DNA of 64,000 nt from a bacterium (GCA_035307765.1 DATGHU010000041.1:22089-86088); one strand, 5' to 3'. Counted from the stretch's first letter, positions 55,489 to 64,000 are shown. Numbers and translations: made by a program. The notes: a model not told the origin generated them from the letters alone.

Positions 55489-56181
55489 TCACACGCCGAG
55501 GTATTCGAGTAGTTCTCGCTCTTGCCGCACCACTTCCTGGTTGGAGAGGTTCCTCACCGTTCTGCCGTTGACGATCAAGTGGTGCGAATCGGCCACGGTC
55601 GTCGCGAAGCGGAGGTTTTGCTCGACCAGCAGGATGGTCAGGCCGTTTGCCTTGATCTCCTTGAGGACCTCGCCGACTCGCTCCACCAAAAGCGGAGCCA
55701 ATCCCTCGGTGGGCTCGTCCAGCAGGAGGATCCGTGCGCCCATCCGCAGGACCCGTGCGATGGCGAGCATCTGTTGCTCGCCCCCGGAGAGCTTTGTGCC
55801 GGCGTAGGCCGCCCGCGCCTTCAGGAGCGGAAAGACCGAGAAAATCTTGTCCAAGCTCCACGAGGCCGCTGAGACGATCGGAGGGAGGAGGAGGTTCTCC
55901 ATCACAGAGAGCGTGCTGTAGATACCGCGATCGTCCTGCACCCATCCGATTCCCAACCGTGCGATCTGTTGGGGCGGGAGGTGACTGATGTCGTGCCCGT
56001 CCAGCATGATCCGGCCGCGCTTCTGCCGATGAATTCCCATCACACACTTAAGCGTCGTGGTCTTCCCCATGCCGTTGCGGCCCACCAGCGTGGCGACCTC
56101 GCCGTCCCGGACCTCCAGGTCGACGCCCTGGAGGACTTGGCTCTCCCCGTACCAGGCCTGGAGGCCTTCCACGGCGAGCAT
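55489..56181 (-). CDS. livF: LIV-family ABC transporter ATP-binding protein (second system)
   Basis: GRNGMGKTT, LSGGEQQML and LLLDEPTEGLAP are present. The ATG directly follows the livG stop (TAGATG). Confidence 0.9.
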   Translation of the reverse strand: MLAVEGLQAWYGESQVLQGVDLEVRDGEVATLVGRNGMGKTTTLKCVMGIHRQKRGRIMLDGHDISHLPPQQIARLGIGWVQDDRGIYSTLSVMENLLLPPIVSAASWSLDKIFSVFPLLKARAAYAGTKLSGGEQQMLAIARVLRMGARILLLDEPTEGLAPLLVERVGEVLKEIKANGLTILLVEQNLRFATTVADSHHLIVNGRTVRNLSNQEVVRQERELLEYLGV

Positions 56182-56937
56182 CTACGCCGCGCCCCCCAGG
56201 TAGGCTTCGATCACGTGCCGGTTGGTCCTCAGCTCCTCGTACGTCCCTTCGGCCAGCACTCGGCCGTGCTGCAGGACCGTGATGCGCTGGGACACGGCGG
56301 CGACGACCCCCATGTTGTGCTCGACCAGCACGACCGTGCGGTCCTTGGCGATCCGGCGGATCGGATCCACCACCCGCGAGACATCCTCAAGGCTCAGGCC
56401 GGCCGTGGGCTCGTCGAGGAGAAGGAGCTTGGGGCGGAGGGCCAAAGTCAAGCCGATTTCCAGGACCCGTTTCTGGCCGTAGGAAAGGGCGAGGACCTGG
56501 CGGGTCGCGAGTTCGGCGAGGCCGACCGACCCGAGGATCTCCCTGGCTTCATCGGAAAACTGGTCGAGGATCCGGTCAGACCTCCAGAACGCGTACCCGA
56601 GCGAGGTGCCGGCCTGGAGGGCCAGCCGGACGTTGTCGAGGAGGGTGAGGTGCGGGAAGACGCTCGAGATCTGGAACGACCGGGCGACGCCGAGGCGGGC
56701 GATCCGATACGGAGGGGCCCCGGTGATCTCCTGGCCCGCGAACAGGATCTGGCCTCGGGTCGGGACGAGCAGGCCGCTGAGCAGGTTGAAGAGGGTGGTT
56801 TTGCCGGCGCCGTTGGGGCCGATGACGGCGTGGATCGTCCCTTCCTGGACCCGCAGATCGAGGCCGTCCAGGGCGCGGAACCCCCGAAAATCCATCGTGA
56901 GATTCTTGGTTTCCAGGATCGCCGCAGCGGTCGCCAT
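56182..56937 (-). CDS. livG: LIV-family ABC transporter ATP-binding protein (second system)
   Basis: GPNGAGKTT, LSYGQKR and LLLDEPTAGL are present. Confidence 0.9.
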   Translation of the reverse strand: MATAAAILETKNLTMDFRGFRALDGLDLRVQEGTIHAVIGPNGAGKTTLFNLLSGLLVPTRGQILFAGQEITGAPPYRIARLGVARSFQISSVFPHLTLLDNVRLALQAGTSLGYAFWRSDRILDQFSDEAREILGSVGLAELATRQVLALSYGQKRVLEIGLTLALRPKLLLLDEPTAGLSLEDVSRVVDPIRRIAKDRTVVLVEHNMGVVAAVSQRITVLQHGRVLAEGTYEELRTNRHVIEAYLGGAA

Positions 56938-57017
56938 GGACGGATCCCAAACCCGTGCACGGAGAATTAGCAGTCGTCCGCGGCAATCCCTTCAGCCGGC
57001 GGGAGGCCCTCCCGTCC

Positions 57018-58097
57018 TTACGGGCCGGGCGGGTCGTCGGGGGCGGGGGCAGCGTCGGGAAGGATTTCCATCACGGTTTCGGCGACGATGACCTGCAGCG
57101 CCGCCGCCACCGGTACGGCCAGGAGGCCGCCGAGGATTCCCAACAGTTTGATCCCGGTCAACAGGGCGACGAGGGTGAGGATGGGGGAGAGCCCGACGAC
57201 GTGCCCCATGATATTCGGAACGAGGATGTGGGGCTCGACATTGAGGATGACCACGTAGAAGATGACCACGCCGATCAGCTGCCAGGGTTGCTGCGACAGC
57301 GCGATCAGAATGGCCACGACGGCGCCCAGGGTCGGACCGACCATCGGGATCAACTCGCCGATCCCGGCGACGATGCCGAGGAGCAGCGGGTACGGCATCC
57401 TGAGGAGGGAAAGGCCGATCACGACCGGGGCGGCGACCGAGAACGACAGCAGGAGTTGCGCCCGCAGCCACCCGCCGAATTTCTTGCCGATGCGGGCAAG
57501 CACCCGATCCACCCGGGGCCGTTCGCTTGGGGGAAAGAGGGCGAGGAACCCGCGCTTGATTGACACGCCTTCCAGCAGCATATAGAAGGTGAAGACTAGC
57601 ACCGTGATCACCGCGGCGAAGCCCCCGAGGAGCCGGAACGCCACCCCCGCGGCCTCCGGGCCGAACTTCGTCAGGCCGGCAACGTGCGAGGGGAGGCGGT
57701 TGATCTCGCCGGTTAGATCTGGTACCCACGGCCAGCGGCTCCGAACGTCGGCCAGCCAGCGCTCGCTGCGCGCCGTGAACTGCGGCAGTTGCTGGACGAA
57801 CCGGCTCGTCTCGTTCACCGCGGGGATGAGGATGATCGCCAGGATCATCAAGATCGCCGCGAACATCGCCAGGTACAGGACGAAGATGGCCACGCCGCGC
57901 GAGAGGCGCACTCCGCCCGGGATTCGCCAGCGTTCCACCAGGCTCACCAGCGGCCCGAACCCGGCAGCAAGGATCGCCGAGATGAGCAAGACGACGAGGA
58001 CCTCGGTGATTTGGCTGATGACCCAGACGAGGAACCAGGCGACGATGATCAACGCGAGAACCGTGACGGTCCGGCCGACCAGTTCCCTCTGCGTCAC
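57018..58097 (-). CDS. AI-2E family transporter (PerM/UPF0118)
   Basis: About 8 TM helices, with the C-terminal ...GELIPMVGPTLGAVVAILIAL... and PILTLVALL...GILGGLLAVPV patterns typical of the family. Confidence 0.85.
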   Translation of the reverse strand: MTQRELVGRTVTVLALIIVAWFLVWVISQITEVLVVLLISAILAAGFGPLVSLVERWRIPGGVRLSRGVAIFVLYLAMFAAILMILAIILIPAVNETSRFVQQLPQFTARSERWLADVRSRWPWVPDLTGEINRLPSHVAGLTKFGPEAAGVAFRLLGGFAAVITVLVFTFYMLLEGVSIKRGFLALFPPSERPRVDRVLARIGKKFGGWLRAQLLLSFSVAAPVVIGLSLLRMPYPLLLGIVAGIGELIPMVGPTLGAVVAILIALSQQPWQLIGVVIFYVVILNVEPHILVPNIMGHVVGLSPILTLVALLTGIKLLGILGGLLAVPVAAALQVIVAETVMEILPDAAPAPDDPPGP

Positions 58098-58160
58098 CGC
58101 GTCACCCCTGTGAGCATCGTCAACGGGCGGTGATATCTCTCGGACGAACGAGCCGTCGCC

Positions 58161-59429
58161 TTAGACGTGATGTGGCAGGAGGAGCACCTGGGCCGCGAGC
58201 CCAACCAGCCCCGCCGCGAGGATCAGCACCGAGAGCCGGGCCAGCCGGCGGGTGATCGAGCGGTCGCGGCCGGCTATCTGGGCCATTGGAATGTGAAACG
58301 CCAAGCTCGCCATGGACGTGAGCACTACGCCGTACCCCGCCAGCTCCGGCGGGAGCGTCCCCTTGGCTGCCAGAATGCCGGCGGCCGCGGACGTCGACGC
58401 GCTGCTCACCAGGCCCCCCAGCACGGAGACGATCAGGAAGCCGGTCTGGGGGAAGGCCCGGTTCGCCAGTTCGCCGGCCAGCGTGATTATCACAAACAGT
58501 GCGCCGAACGTCAGCGCGTAGCGGATCGAGATCGGCGATTTGATATGAAGCGGCGCGGTCTCAGCATCTTTGAGGTTGATGTGGCTGCTGGCCGCCAGGC
58601 TCGTCAGCAGCATCAGCACCACGGAGATCCATCCGTAGGCCAGGGCCTGGCTGGCGAAGATGCCGAGGATCAGGCCATTGCGGATGAGCATCGCGCTGTT
58701 CGCGGTGAGCATCCCCATGAGGGCGAAGGGCGACAGCCGCGCCGGGTCGGTCCGTGCCCGGCTGGCCAGCTCGGCCACGGTGGCGGTGCTGTTGACGAGG
58801 CCTCCGAGGAGCCCCGTCCACCGGATCCCACGCGTGCCGTAAATCCGCAGCAGGATGTAGTTGGCGAAGGCGATCGCTGAGATCACCAGCACGACGGTCC
58901 AGGCCGCCCGCAGGTCGATCAGGCGCCAGGGGTCGATCGGGCCGGCCGGGAGCAGTTGATACACGACCACCGCCATCAATCCGAGGATGATGGCGCCCCG
59001 AATCTCGTCGATGGTTACCTTTCCGGCGAACCTGACCACCTCGGACTTCCACGCCAGCAGCGCCGTCATGACCACGCCGCACGCCGTCGCCACCAGCAGC
59101 TGGCCCTCGCCGACGAGGATCCCGAGGATCCCCGTGGCAAGCAGGGCCACCGAGGTGGTCATTTCGAGCGAGCGATCCCGGACGAAGCTGCGCCAGTTCA
59201 CCAGCGTGATCAGGGGAAAGATCCCGATCATCAAGATGTAGCTCGCCGTCGGTGAGACCCCCCACGCCAGCGTGAAGGCCAAGGACACGATGGAGAAGGT
59301 GCGGACCCCGATATCCTTGTGGGCCCACTCGCGCTCAAGCCCGATCATCATCCCGATTCCCAACGAGATGGCCACCCGCTCCATGAAGAGCAGGAACTCA
59401 ACGTTTACGTGATTGAAGGAGGTCGGCAT
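58161..59429 (-). CDS. MgtC/SapB family membrane protein with DUF4010-like C-terminal extension
   Basis: Start is ATG 59429. ISLGIGMMIGLEREW is the MgtC N-terminal hallmark. 422 aa, polytopic. The longer track ORF overlaps the upstream gene. Confidence 0.8.
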   Translation of the reverse strand: MPTSFNHVNVEFLLFMERVAISLGIGMMIGLEREWAHKDIGVRTFSIVSLAFTLAWGVSPTASYILMIGIFPLITLVNWRSFVRDRSLEMTTSVALLATGILGILVGEGQLLVATACGVVMTALLAWKSEVVRFAGKVTIDEIRGAIILGLMAVVVYQLLPAGPIDPWRLIDLRAAWTVVLVISAIAFANYILLRIYGTRGIRWTGLLGGLVNSTATVAELASRARTDPARLSPFALMGMLTANSAMLIRNGLILGIFASQALAYGWISVVLMLLTSLAASSHINLKDAETAPLHIKSPISIRYALTFGALFVIITLAGELANRAFPQTGFLIVSVLGGLVSSASTSAAAGILAAKGTLPPELAGYGVVLTSMASLAFHIPMAQIAGRDRSITRRLARLSVLILAAGLVGLAAQVLLLPHHV

Positions 59430-59434
59430 CCGGC

Positions 59435-60622
59435 TCAGTGCGCCTGAACGGGGAGTCCGCGCCCGGCCGCCAGGAACGACACCCCAGCGGTCACCAACAA
59501 GACCAGCGCGGCGCTCAGGTACGGGAGCGTATGCGCGCCGACGTGGTAGACGGCCCCGCCCCACGCCGGGCCGATGATCCGTCCGAGGCTGTCGAACGAG
59601 TCCATGATGCCCACGGAGAGCCCCTGTCCGGCCCGCGTCCGCTTCGAGATCAGCGCGGCAATCGAGGGGCGCATCAGCGAATGGCCGGCCCCGGCGATCG
59701 CCGCGTACAGCGCGAGCGTCACCAGGTTGTGGGTGCTCATGATGAGGAGGTACCCAACCGCGGCGAGGAGTAGTCCTCCTCGGACCAGTCGGTTCTCGCC
59801 CCACCGATCGATGAGGCGCCCGATCAAGCCGCCGAGGATTACCGCCTGCACCAGCCCGACGACCACGAACACGATGCCGATCGCGCCGGCCCCGCTCGCC
59901 GCGGTGAGGTGCAGGCGGTCCTGGGCAAATAGCGCATAGGTGGCCTCGAGTCCGGCCAGGGCGAATGCCCCCGCGAAGGTGATGAGGTAGAAGAGCGCCA
60001 ACGGCCCGCTCAACGCGAGCCGAATCGCTCCCATCCGGGACGGGCGGTCGGCGGGGGTGTCGCGCCGTACCGGCTCAGGCAGCGCGCCCCAACTGAGCGC
60101 CAGAGTGAGCAACGCGAGGCCCGCGCCGACGAAGAAGGGGAGGGCAAGGTTGTGGTGGCCGAGAAGACCCCCGATTCCCGGGCCGATCGTAAACCCAAGT
60201 CCCATCGCCGCGCCCATCATCCCCATGCTCCCGCCGCGGCGCTCCTCCGGGGTCGTGTCACCGATGTAGGCCATGGCTGTGGGCAGGGTAGCGGCGCTGA
60301 GAATTCCCCCCAGGATCCGGGCAAGAAACAACTCCCAGACCTGGTGGGAGAGGCCGAAGATGATGAACGAGACCGCGTAGCCAACGAGTCCCAGGGAGAA
60401 GATCGGCTTGCGGCCGACCCGGTCGCTCAGGGCACCCCATGCCGGGGCGAAGAGAAACTGCATAAAGGCATACGAGGTGGCGAGGAGGCCGATCTGTAAC
60501 GGGGTCGCCCCCACCTCCCGGGCGTAAAACTGCAGAACCGGAAGGACGATTCCAAAGCCCATCATGACGATGAAAATGGCCAGAAAGAGCACCATTAGGC
60601 CGCGACGACCAACTGGGGGCAT
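59435..60622 (-). CDS. MFS transporter (drug:H+ antiporter-like)
   Basis: GGAAGGAGG lies 5 nt before ATG 60622. GALSDRVGRKP (MFS motif A) is present, with 12 TM helices. Confidence 0.85.
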   Translation of the reverse strand: MPPVGRRGLMVLFLAIFIVMMGFGIVLPVLQFYAREVGATPLQIGLLATSYAFMQFLFAPAWGALSDRVGRKPIFSLGLVGYAVSFIIFGLSHQVWELFLARILGGILSAATLPTAMAYIGDTTPEERRGGSMGMMGAAMGLGFTIGPGIGGLLGHHNLALPFFVGAGLALLTLALSWGALPEPVRRDTPADRPSRMGAIRLALSGPLALFYLITFAGAFALAGLEATYALFAQDRLHLTAASGAGAIGIVFVVVGLVQAVILGGLIGRLIDRWGENRLVRGGLLLAAVGYLLIMSTHNLVTLALYAAIAGAGHSLMRPSIAALISKRTRAGQGLSVGIMDSFDSLGRIIGPAWGGAVYHVGAHTLPYLSAALVLLVTAGVSFLAAGRGLPVQAH

Positions 60623-60725
60623 GGAGACCTCCTTCCGAAACGGATTCATTATCCGCACGGGGTGTCGGGATTGTCAAGGATCGCTTGACAGGGGTGAGAG
60701 CCATCCGTAGAATCAGAAAAGGCGT

Positions 60726-60800
60726 TCCTCGGTAGCTCAATGGTAGAGCATCCGGCTGTTAACCGGAGGGTTGTAGGTTCGAGTCCTACCCGAGGAGCCA
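60726..60800 (+). tRNA. tRNA-Asn (anticodon GTT), CCA encoded
   Basis: Folded by hand. Acceptor TCCTCGG/CCGAGGA, D stem GCTC/GAGC, anticodon stem TCCGG/CCGGA with loop CTGTTAA, variable loop GGGTT, T stem GTAGG/CCTAC with loop TTCGAGT, discriminator G, then CCA. Confidence 0.95.
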
Positions 60801-61665
60801 ATCAAGACGTTCCGCGAAGGTCCTTCCGCTTGCTGCTCGCAGAGAGGCCCCCAGACGAGGAGCGGTCGTGCCCAACAAACTTTCGTACGTCGATTACTCC
60901 CCCATCCTGTTGCTTCTGGACCAATATGCTGCTTCCGTGGCCCTGGACCGGCGGCAACAGTGGGTTGAGGCTGCACAGGCAGACTTCTATCGGTTGGACT
61001 TCCGGGTACCGGAGGAGCGACCAAATCCGCGTTTTCTCGAAGAACGCGGGGTTCGTCCCCAACAGTCAAACTCTCATCCGGGATCTGACGTCGGCTCTCC
61101 AAAAAGACGTCTCCCCCACCCACGTAGATCGGTCTCAGCGAAGGTCTAGCATAGGGGCGTGTGCTCTAGTCCAACTGCGATCGCGCCCTCTATCGCTTAG
61201 GCGGCTCTGCCCTCGCCCACTCCATGTGCAGGTACGATACACGCCAGTCAATCAACCTGATACCAGTCGCTTTCAGGACAGCATCCCGCTCATCGTCGCT
61301 CGGGATCTACTTCCGGCCCTCCACGTCCGCGACCCACTGCTCTGTCTGGCCGAGCGGGGAGTGGATGAATCACTTACAGTCGACCGCGCGAGTTTTACTC
61401 CCCGCGTACCTTGACAGGAGGGGCGCAGTGCTGGGACGCAAATCTTCGGTTTTCCCGATCCTGTCGTCGACTTCACGACGTGGTTAGGGGAGCGCCGGAG
61501 GATGTCACTCGGCCTGCCCGCGGCAATTAGGATACCCCGTGGCATCGGCCGGTGGTGTCGTCGAGCATGGCCAGGCTACCAAGGAGGAAACCACGACGTA
61601 CAGATTCAATTGCGCAACGGCAAGCGACGGCCAGGGTCCGACAAATGGCACAAGGGAGGTGTGCG

Positions 61666-62325
61666 ATGGCGCTTCAACTGGGTGACGTGGCACCGGATTT
61701 TGTGGCGGATACGACCGAAGGCCAAATCCGTTTCCACGAGTGGATTGGCGACTCATGGGCGGTGTTGTTCTCGCACCCGAAGGACTTCACGCCGGTCTGC
61801 ACGACCGAGCTCGGTTACATGGCCAAGCTCAAGCCCGAGTTCGACCGGCGCAACACCAAGATCATCGGGCTCAGCGTCGACCCAGTCGACGATCACGCCC
61901 GGTGGGCGAACGACATCAAAGAGACGCAGGGGGCGGCGCCCAACTACCCGATGATCGGCGACACGGAGCTCAAGGTCGCCAAGCTGTACGGGATGCTGCC
62001 GGCCGCCACGACCGGCACCGCAAAGGGGCGTACGCCGGCGGACAACCAGACCGTCCGCACCATCTTCGTCATCGGTCCCGACAAGAAGATCAAGCTCACC
62101 ATCGCGTACCCCATGACGACGGGGCGCAACTTCGACGAGGTGTTGCGTGTCATCGACTCGCTGCAGCTGACGGCGAAGCACAAGGTCTCGACGCCGGTAA
62201 ACTGGAAGCGCGGCGACGACGTGATCATCGCTGGGTCGGTATCCGACGAGGAAGCCAAGAAGACGTACCCGGGCGGCTGGAAGGCACCGCGGCCCTACAT
62301 CCGGATCGTGCCGCAGCCGCGATGA
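61666..62325 (+). CDS. 1-Cys peroxiredoxin (Prx6 type)
   Basis: GGGAGG lies before ATG 61666. LGDVAPDF...WAVLFSHPKDFTPVCTTELG is the Prx6 active site. 219 aa. Confidence 0.9.
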   Translation: MALQLGDVAPDFVADTTEGQIRFHEWIGDSWAVLFSHPKDFTPVCTTELGYMAKLKPEFDRRNTKIIGLSVDPVDDHARWANDIKETQGAAPNYPMIGDTELKVAKLYGMLPAATTGTAKGRTPADNQTVRTIFVIGPDKKIKLTIAYPMTTGRNFDEVLRVIDSLQLTAKHKVSTPVNWKRGDDVIIAGSVSDEEAKKTYPGGWKAPRPYIRIVPQPR

Positions 62326-62427
62326 TGGGTATGGGCGGAGTCTGAATGGATTTCAGGTGCAGGCAAGGCGCATCATGCAACACGCCCATCTGGATTGCGC
62401 CGCACCTCGCGGTTTGAGCCGTAGGCC

Positions 62428-63204
62428 ATGAATCTGCGTGTGGGCGTTCTCGGCGCAGGGTTCGGCGGACTCGAGCTCAGCACGATGCTGTCCGAGGCGC
62501 TCGGCGATCACCTCGACCTTACCCTGATCGACAAGAACGACTCCTTTGTGTTCGGCTATTCGAAACTCGACGTGATGTTCGGTCGTCAAAGACTCGACAC
62601 CGCGCGCCTCACGTACCGTCACATCGTGAAGCCTGGCGTGCGCTTCCGTCGGGAAACGATCATCGTGATCGACCCCGAAGCGCGGCGCTGATTACGATCT
62701 GAATGCCACACCGGGGCTCGCCGAAAGCGGGAACGAGTTCTACTCTGTCGCCGGTGCCGCTCGCCTGCGCGAGGTCCTTCCGACCTTCTCGAGGGGCCAC
62801 GCGATTGTCGGTGTCGCCTCGGTGCCGTTCAAGTGCCCGCCGGCGTCGAGCGAAGCCGCGTTGTTGCTGGATCACTACCTCACCACGCGCAGCGTGCGCG
62901 ATGCCGGCGAGATCAGCCTCGTCATGCCGCTCGGCGTCCCGATCCCCCGGTCGCCCGCAACCTCGCAGGCGTTGCCCACCGCGTTCGCCGAGCGCGGTAT
63001 CGCCTTCGTCCCAAGCGTCTCGTGCGCGCGCTCGACTCGGCGCGGCGCGTCGCCGTTCTTGACGATGCGAGTGAGATGCCCTACGATCTATTCTGCGGGA
63101 TTCCGAAGCACCGCGCTCCCGGCGTGGTTGCGGCGAGCGGCATGACCGAGAACGGCTGGATCCCCGTCAACCCGAAGACCCCGGATCCGTGCCCTTCATT
63201 ATAG
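62428..63204 (+). pseudogene. FAD/NAD(P)-dependent oxidoreductase (sulfide:quinone reductase / NDH-2-like), frameshifted and 3'-truncated
   Basis: Frame 1 reads MNLRVGVLGAGFGGLE...VIDPEARR then stops at 62689-62691. Frame 2 continues DYDLNATPGLAESGNEFYSVAG...VPFKCPPASSEAALLLDHYL...LVMPLGVPIP...AFAERGIAFVPS. Frame 1 resumes RLVRALDSARRVAVLDDASEMPYDLFCGIPKHRAPGVVAASGMTENGWIPVNPKT and ends at 63204, with the C-terminal third missing. Confidence 0.75.
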
Positions 63205-63284
63205 GCCGAGCGTACCATACCAGGGGCGCGCTGCATGAGGGAAAAAGCGCGTCATGGTAAGAATTCATTCTGAACCGCGATGCC

Positions 63285-63644
63285 TTATCTTGCAGGGGCG
63301 CCTACGGAGACATACCATGTGCCGATGCACGAATCCGCTTTCGTTGGAACATAGTGCCAACCTTCTTTACCAGGCGGATCCGCGCTGATATCCCAATCGC
63401 CGTTGGGTGATGCGATGGGTCCACCCAATGTCTTCAGGGTCACGCCCAGCGAGGAAGAATTACTAGGCGCGATCTTCCAGACCACGTCCGAATAGCCCTC
63501 CGGTTTGATCACGCGCACCTGGATGGTGGATCTCGTTTGATTGTAAATCGCAATACAGGAGCCCGGATGCGTCTCTAATGCGGACGCGGGGATCGCGACC
63601 AGCACGACTAGAGTAATCGCGAACGTGGCCCGTCTGCCGCCCAT
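63285..63644 (-). CDS. hypothetical small secreted protein (119 aa, 2 Cys)
   Basis: Signal-like N-terminus MGGRRATFAITLVVLVAIPASA. The mature part is beta-rich (IQVRVIKPEGYSDVVWKIAP...GTWYVSVG) with no motif I recognise. Distinctly lower GC (hand count of 63301-63360 gives 31/60). ATG 63665 is an alternative start. Confidence 0.55.
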   Translation of the reverse strand: MGGRRATFAITLVVLVAIPASALETHPGSCIAIYNQTRSTIQVRVIKPEGYSDVVWKIAPSNSSSLGVTLKTLGGPIASPNGDWDISADPPGKEGWHYVPTKADSCIGTWYVSVGAPAR

Positions 63645-63714
63645 CTTCTCATCGCCCCCTCGCATCACCTCAGTTTCCCAGAGGACCCTGGGGGGAACCG
63701 AGAACGTCATTGGC

Positions 63715-63987
63715 GTGACCCAGGCGCGGATCCTCCTGCTGCCCATTGTTCTGTTGTGCTTGGCGCCCTGCCTTCCCGTCCCGACCGTCGGGATCGCCCA
63801 GGCGGCGAGCGCAGCGCCGTTCGTGGACGCCCACACCCACATCGTGAGAAACTTGCGTCGCGGCAAGAGCCTTGGGGCTGCCGCGGCCGACGCGCTTCGC
63901 CTTCACCGCGGGAGGAGATTCTCTCAATCCGATCATTCAATAAACACCGTCGGACCAGGTTACCCCCGATGTGCTTCGCCGTTTTGA
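63715..63987 (+). CDS. short ORF with signal peptide and amidohydrolase-type start (FVDAHTHI); possibly a truncated gene
   Basis: From GTG 63715 it reads VTQARILLLPIVLLCLAPCLPVPTVGIAQAASAAPFVDAHTHIV..., but a stop follows after only about 90 codons at 63985-63987, near the window edge. Confidence 0.3.
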   Translation: MTQARILLLPIVLLCLAPCLPVPTVGIAQAASAAPFVDAHTHIVRNLRRGKSLGAAAADALRLHRGRRFSQSDHSINTVGPGYPRCASPF

Positions 63988-64000
63988 GCAAGCCGCAGAG

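Noticed and set aside
61007-61018. TACCGGAGGAGC, an 11/12 match to the tRNA-Asn 3' end (TACCCGAGGAGC), as a possible att repeat.
   Set aside because: It is too short and too GGAGG-like to distinguish from chance in 64 kb of GC-rich DNA, and the flanks do not extend the match. It is mentioned only as a lead in the tRNA finding.
60868-61149. 93-aa ORF (…KLSYVDYSPILLLLDQYAASVALDRRQQWVEAAQADFYRLDF…) in the spacer after the tRNA. Its first half looks somewhat protein-like.
   Set aside because: No SD is present, the track start is GTG, and the second half degenerates into Arg/Pro/Ser-rich sequence. I recognise no family. It could be a gene relic but cannot be supported as a feature.
60740-61414. 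224-aa plus-strand ORF, plus minus-strand ORFs 60737..61123 and 60802..61062.
   Set aside because: They run through or start inside the tRNA-Asn gene. Their translations are low-complexity (Arg/Ser/Pro-rich) and they lack an SD-led start.
1-64000. Search by eye for CRISPR arrays, tandem or inverted long repeats, IS elements, rRNA, tmRNA, RNase P, SRP and 6S RNA signatures.
   Set aside because: I found no regularly spaced direct repeats, no transposase-like ORF, and none of the conserved cores I know (e.g. GAGGAAAGTCC for RNase P, a tRNA-like tmRNA end). A covariance-model scan would be needed to exclude ncRNAs in the gaps at 2564-2923, 4989-5420, 17143-17687, 22828-23172 and 60801-61665.

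Overview
High-GC bacterial chromosomal window. Real reading frames show a strong G/C preference at codon position 3, and the many long antisense ORFs in the track are by-products of that bias. The track also writes GTG/TTG starts as M, so several starts were re-picked using Shine-Dalgarno (SD) spacing. I call about 58 protein genes, one tRNA (Asn-GTT) and 5-6 decayed genes. I see no rRNA, CRISPR array, intact transposase or phage genes. Content in order: (1) an amidohydrolase tail, an ACAD-like flavoprotein, an M20 peptidase and an Fe-alcohol dehydrogenase. (2) An oxidative sugar module (aldo/keto reductase, amidohydrolase_2 lactonase-like enzyme, ribose/fructose-type ABC importer) whose adjacent LacI regulator is reduced to its HTH stub by a less GC-rich lipoprotein gene. 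(3) A truncated amidohydrolase remnant, a cupin and a frameshifted family-5 solute-binding gene. (4) Divergent zur / znuACB with a near-consensus promoter and a perfect 10-bp palindrome. (5) A DapA-like / SDR / AstE-like operon. (6) A nitroreductase, a GAF-GGDEF cyclase, a Tat-exported Kelch protein, a UbiA prenyltransferase, an acyl-CoA ligase, and MlrC-like M81 and M32 peptidases. (7) An integrase N-terminal stub fused in frame to a DUF4145-like ORF. (8) A SnoaL gene plus two ACMSD-type amidohydrolases, divergent from an E. coli-type pyrB. That pyrB heads a 10-kb same-strand array: LIV-type ABC importer, aspartate aminotransferase, P5C dehydrogenase, MBL hydrolase. (9) guaB, three MFS transporters, a second LIV importer with a PA/M28 peptidase, an AI-2E transporter and an MgtC-family protein. 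(10) tRNA-Asn followed by ORF-poor, less GC-rich DNA, a 1-Cys peroxiredoxin, a multiply frameshifted FAD oxidoreductase gene and a small secreted orphan. I do not see a clear-cut new defence, secretion or biosynthetic system. The most unusual items are the integrase-stub/DUF4145-like fusion, the three less GC-rich patches that each carry one small signal-peptide protein (two sit exactly at the break point of a truncated gene), the overall pseudogene load, and the context of the pyrB-led array. All family assignments come from motif recognition by eye; no database search was possible.
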